DNA from: an uncultured Thermococci archaeon
Lineage (GTDB): Archaea; CAYQAE01; CAYVLA01
Direction of reading: 5' to 3'
Length of the DNA: 10,632 bases
Assembly: GCA_964549615.1 (NCBI GenBank)
Contig: CAZJVP010000062.1
Span: 1-10,632 of the forward strand
Shown: positions 7,027 through 10,632 of the stretch, in pieces
Position numbering within the stretch: the stretch's first letter is position 1
Layout of the letters: each line of letters opens with the position of its first letter
The notes under the pieces: model-generated
The model's input: only the letters and a program-made list of their open reading frames with translations
Database searches by the model: none
What the model was told of the DNA's origin: nothing
Program-made: the position numbers and the translations under genes

Positions 7027-8151
7027 GTGGGCGCGGGCAGGCCGACAGTTCATAGGTTGCGGACGCTGATCCTCTACGCCATGGTGTACCTCTGTGCGGG
7101 CGCTGTCTTCCTCCTCCCGCTCACCATGCCAATGGTGCGAAGCACATGCGACTTCTCGATCTACAACACCGGGTGGACTGGCTGCTCCCAGCTCGCGAGG
7201 CGACTCTATGAGAGCGGCAAGGAGGTCTTCCCGCTGCACGCGCCTTTCAGCCAGTTCCGCGACAGATTGGAGTACCGGGAGACCGCCCTTCTCGTCATAG
7301 GCCCGACGCGCCCATTCGCCAAGGTCGATTCCAGCTTCATCGCCGAGTTCGCGAGGGGCGGGGGCACCCTCATCGTTGCCGACGACTTCTACGAGGCAAA
7401 CACGCTACTGCAGGGCCTCGGCATTGAGGCCCGTCTCTCCGCCAGCCCCGTAGGAGACCTGTCCTTTCGGAAGGACCCCTTCGTCCTTGACTGCTACTCG
7501 GTGGATGCAGGCCATCCTCTGACGAGCGGCGTCTCCTCTTTTGTCCTCAACTACCCGGCCGCAATCACCGGGCCGCTGCCCCCTGGGGCAAGGGTCATTG
7601 CGACGACGAGCTCGATGAGCTGGTTGGACCTAAATGGGGACCGGATCTGGCAGAGAACCTCGGAAACCCAAGGCCCCTTCCCGGTCCTCGTGACGATACC
7701 TTACGGCGACGGGGAGGTGATCCTGCTCTCCGACCCCAGCATCTTCATCAACGACATGATCTCGCGGCCCGGGAACGACCAACTGGTTCGCAACCTAGTA
7801 TCCCATCTGACGAGCGCCGATGTGAGACGCGTCTACCTGGATGAGGAGCACCACACCACCCCCAACCCGGTTGAAGTTTTCACGGCGGTGATAAGGAGGG
7901 CGCCAGACTATCCCAGACTCATCGCGGTCTGGTCGCTCGTCACCGCCGTCATCTTCGTCGTCCACCCTCGCTTGAGGCGGGGAGGAGTGAACGTGTTTGA
8001 CGCTGCGGTGTCCCTGGCACTTAGGATACTGTCATTGGGGGCTCGAACCAGACAAGCGCCCTTGACCCCTGACCCAGTGGAACAGGCCATCCGGACCCAT
8101 CCGGACTGGGATCAGCAAACCCTGAGGCGGATTGCAGATGCCGCGGCCTAG
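7027..8151 (+). CDS. DUF4350 domain protein (GATase-like/GIFT-related extracellular domain) flanked by TM helices
   Basis: DFSIYNTGWTGCSQL, LLVIGPTRPF, FARGGGTLIVADDF, ANTLL, LNYPA, YGDGEVILLSDPSIFINDMI...GNDQL, VYLDEEH. Hydrophobic segments at both ends. GTG immediately follows the upstream TAG. Confidence 0.88.
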   Translation: MGAGRPTVHRLRTLILYAMVYLCAGAVFLLPLTMPMVRSTCDFSIYNTGWTGCSQLARRLYESGKEVFPLHAPFSQFRDRLEYRETALLVIGPTRPFAKVDSSFIAEFARGGGTLIVADDFYEANTLLQGLGIEARLSASPVGDLSFRKDPFVLDCYSVDAGHPLTSGVSSFVLNYPAAITGPLPPGARVIATTSSMSWLDLNGDRIWQRTSETQGPFPVLVTIPYGDGEVILLSDPSIFINDMISRPGNDQLVRNLVSHLTSADVRRVYLDEEHHTTPNPVEVFTAVIRRAPDYPRLIAVWSLVTAVIFVVHPRLRRGGVNVFDAAVSLALRILSLGARTRQAPLTPDPVEQAIRTHPDWDQQTLRRIADAAA

Positions 8152-8214
8152 TCCCATGGCTGCCAGGGGGGATTGCGCCCGGCGTTCTGTCTTGATGACT
8201 CATGGACGACGATA

Positions 8215-8220
8215 TTTTTT
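8215..8220 (+). terminator. Possible archaeal oligo-T terminator of the MoxR operon
   Basis: TTTTTT run ~64 nt after the DUF4350 stop. It could equally be part of the AT-rich promoter of the next gene. Confidence 0.35.
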
Positions 8221-8221
8221 C

Positions 8222-8247
8222 AAGTGACCTTTCACTTAATGTTTAAG
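8222..8247 (+). promoter_or_regulatory. Inverted repeat AAGTGA-N4-TCACTT immediately upstream of a TATA-like TTTAAG (8242-8247)
   Basis: Perfect 6-bp arms at 8222-8227 and 8232-8237, 4 nt upstream of the TATA-like box and ~70 nt upstream of ATG 8308. Confidence 0.45.
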
Positions 8248-8307
8248 CCCGGCAAACGGCCGCGCTGCGTTTGATGGGCGGGCATAATTCCCCAGGGAGC
8301 GCTCAAC

Positions 8308-10632
8308 ATGGAAAGCCTCGGGATCCTTGCTTGCGGATTGGGCGCGTCGGCTGCGCTGATTGCGCTGCTGTTCGCTATCCAGGCCGTCTTCTGCACGTTG
8401 GCGCAGCCCGAAGGGCTGGTCTTCTACGTGTCCGCAGAGGGCAACGACTCCTGGTCGGGGAGAGCCGATTCGCCGAATCCTCAGCGCACCGACGGACCCT
8501 TCGCCACGGTAGCCCGGGCACAAGAGGCGGTGCGCGAGGCGCGCAGCAGGGAGGACGTCCCGGTAACCGTCCTGATCCGGGGAGGCCTGTACGAGCTAGA
8601 GAAGCCACTGGTGTTCACACACGAGGACGGCGGCTCGGAGCGATCGCCGGTGACCTACGCAGCGTACCCCGGCGAGCGACCGGTGTTCTCCGGCGGGAGC
8701 ATCATCAGAGGCTGGACGAAGGGAGAGGGACAAATCTGGACCGTCAAGATCCCACAGGTGGAAAGCGGGGAATGGTACTTTTCCCAACTCTTCGCGAACG
8801 GCAAGAGACAGACCCGGGCTCGAACGCCAAACGAGGGATACTTCCGGATCGCGAGCACGCTGCTACCGCTTCTTGACCGCAACAAAGCGCAGGGCGACGT
8901 CAACTACAAGATCGGTTTCCGCTACCAGGAGGGCGATATCAAGAGATGGGACAACCTAGAAGACGTGAACATCTTCCTGTACCACTCATGGACCTGTTCG
9001 GTGCACTGGATCCAGGCCCTTAACGAGGACAACCAAACCGTACGCTTCACCAACCCCTGCGACTGGCCGATCGGCTACTGGGAGCTTCAACAGCGCTACC
9101 ACGTGGAGAACTACCTGGAGGCCCTGGACTCGCCCGGGGAGTGGTACCTGGACCGCCGCAGCGGAATCCTTTACTTCTGGCCCCCGGATGCCCAGGACCC
9201 AAACGATCTTGAGGTCGTGGCCCCCCGACTGCAAAAGCTGCTCATCCTGCGGGGAAGTCCCGACGGCCTTACGGTTGACCACCTCATCTTCAGAGGATTG
9301 TCCTTCCGGTACGCGGACTGGAAGCTGGACAAGGACAGGCCGGCTGACGGCCAAGCCGCGACCTTCCTCTCCGCTGCGGTCGTGGCCAGGTGGGCCCGCC
9401 ACTGCGTGCTGGAGGGCTGTGAGATCGCACACGTCGGCGAGTACGGGGTGATCCTTGGCGAGGGATGCAAGTACAACCGCATCGTTCACTGCGAAATCCA
9501 CGACCTCGGCGGCGGTGGCGTTCGGATAGGCCAAGGCAGCCTTCCGCAAGAACCCGAGAGGCAGACCGACCACAACACCGTCGACAACTGCTTCATCCAC
9601 GACGGGGGACATGTGTTCCGTGCCGGCGTCGGCGTCTGGATCGGAATGAGCAGCTACAACACGATCTCCCACAACGAGATCTGCGACTTCTACTACTCGG
9701 GATGCTCGGTCGGGTGGAGCTGGGGATACGCCCCGAGCTCGGCCCACGACAATATCCTGGAGTATAACCACATCCACAACCTGGGCAAGGGCGTGCTCAG
9801 CGACATGGGGGGCATCTACACCCTCGGGATCTCGCCGGGGACGGTGGAGCGGTTCAACCTGATCCACGACATCTACTCCTACAGCTACGGCGGGTGGGGC
9901 CTGTACACCGACGAGGGAAGCTCCTACATCGTCCTGGAGGGAAACGTGGTGTACAACACGAAGAGCGGCAGCTTCCACCAGCACTATGGCCGGGAGAACG
10001 TTCTTCGCAACAACATCCTGGGACCCGCGCTGGAGGCAACCCTGATACGAACCCGCGAGGAGGAACATATCTCATTCACGCTCGAGCACAACATCGTGCT
10101 GACGGCCAACAGACACGTGCTCGGCAGTTCGTGGAAAAACGGCAACTACAAGCTGGATTACAACCTTTACTGGGACCTCAACAACATCCTGGGGGAAGAC
10201 ATGGACTTCGGCGGCCTTAGCTTCCAGGCGTGGCAGGCCACCGGACAGGATCAACATTCCTTGGTCGGGGACCCGCTCTTCGTCGATGCAGAGAAACATG
10301 ATTACAGGCTCCGTGACGGCTCGCCCGCCCTGGCGCTCGGCTTCGTTCCCCCCGATCTGGGAAGCGTCGGGCTCTATGGCGAGCCGGAATGGGTCGAGGC
10401 ACCGAAGAAAATCGTTCGCCCACAGCTTCCTCAATTCCTGCCGCCTGTTCGGGTTCAGAGCGGCCCGGCATCCTACCCGGAGAACCTCTCGCAAAGCGAC
10501 AGCTGGATCATCAAGTACGACGCGGCCAAAGGCACCGGGACGATTCCCACGGATGCCAAGGAGTGTACCCTAGTCTGGGCGGTCGATCTGGGCAAGCCTC
10601 CCTCCAACCCTCCGCGGGGCAGCCAGCTGATC
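8308..10632 (+). CDS. Secreted right-handed parallel beta-helix protein, GH141-like glycoside hydrolase (partial, at least 775 aa, runs off the right edge)
   Basis: Manual frame +1 translation is open from ATG 8308 to the window end. Hydrophobic N-terminus, then FYVSAEGNDSWSG...DGPFAT, VTVLIRGGLY, VTYAAYPGERPVFSGG, QLFANGKRQTRARTPN, VENYLEALDSPGEWYLD, beta-helix repeats (CEIHDLGGGGVRIG, HNEICDFYYSGCSVGWSWG), LSDMGGIYTLG, GWGLYTDEGSS and DPLFVD..DYRL..SPALALGF. Strong C/G third-position bias. Confidence 0.9.
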   Translation, partial: MESLGILACGLGASAALIALLFAIQAVFCTLAQPEGLVFYVSAEGNDSWSGRADSPNPQRTDGPFATVARAQEAVREARSREDVPVTVLIRGGLYELEKPLVFTHEDGGSERSPVTYAAYPGERPVFSGGSIIRGWTKGEGQIWTVKIPQVESGEWYFSQLFANGKRQTRARTPNEGYFRIASTLLPLLDRNKAQGDVNYKIGFRYQEGDIKRWDNLEDVNIFLYHSWTCSVHWIQALNEDNQTVRFTNPCDWPIGYWELQQRYHVENYLEALDSPGEWYLDRRSGILYFWPPDAQDPNDLEVVAPRLQKLLILRGSPDGLTVDHLIFRGLSFRYADWKLDKDRPADGQAATFLSAAVVARWARHCVLEGCEIAHVGEYGVILGEGCKYNRIVHCEIHDLGGGGVRIGQGSLPQEPERQTDHNTVDNCFIHDGGHVFRAGVGVWIGMSSYNTISHNEICDFYYSGCSVGWSWGYAPSSAHDNILEYNHIHNLGKGVLSDMGGIYTLGISPGTVERFNLIHDIYSYSYGGWGLYTDEGSSYIVLEGNVVYNTKSGSFHQHYGRENVLRNNILGPALEATLIRTREEEHISFTLEHNIVLTANRHVLGSSWKNGNYKLDYNLYWDLNNILGEDMDFGGLSFQAWQATGQDQHSLVGDPLFVDAEKHDYRLRDGSPALALGFVPPDLGSVGLYGEPEWVEAPKKIVRPQLPQFLPPVRVQSGPASYPENLSQSDSWIIKYDAAKGTGTIPTDAKECTLVWAVDLGKPPSNPPRGSQLI

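Noticed and set aside
8192-8250. Box C-like UGAUGA suggesting a C/D box sRNA
   Set aside because: No box D (CUGA) at a suitable distance downstream.
8271-8876. 201-aa plus-strand ORF
   Set aside because: Arg/Gly-rich alternative frame overlapping the real gene that starts at 8308.
8986-10068. 360-aa minus-strand ORF
   Set aside because: Antisense shadow of the codon-biased GH141-like gene, with Val/Asp/Ala-rich composition typical of such shadows.
1-10632. CRISPR arrays, tRNA/rRNA genes, transposases, integrases or defence genes
   Set aside because: No regularly spaced repeats, cloverleaf structures or mobile-element motifs seen. The ATPase has MoxR-proper motifs rather than those of McrB-type defence NTPases.

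Overview
GC-rich (roughly 60-65% by eye), probably archaeal window, judged from TATA-box-like promoters, GTG/TTG starts, overlapping stop/start junctions and the gene families present. It holds three units. (1) The 5' end of a divergent minus-strand gene with a signal peptide (225->1, not in the ORF track). (2) A tightly packed seven-gene plus-strand operon (746-8151): a 2-TM protein with a Cys-rich C-terminal domain, a small 3-TM protein, a MoxR AAA+ ATPase, a DUF58/vWA-like protein, a ~6-TM protein, a large surface protein with three Ig-like repeats plus DUF4129, and a DUF4350 protein. (3) A secreted right-handed beta-helix, GH141-like glycoside hydrolase (8308 to the window end, absent from the ORF track because it has no stop in the window). 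The most unusual signal is a ~175-nt leader between the operon TATA box and the first start codon. By hand it folds into five consecutive hairpins, the last sequestering the Shine-Dalgarno, so it is a candidate cis-regulatory RNA. All family assignments come from motif recognition, not database searches.
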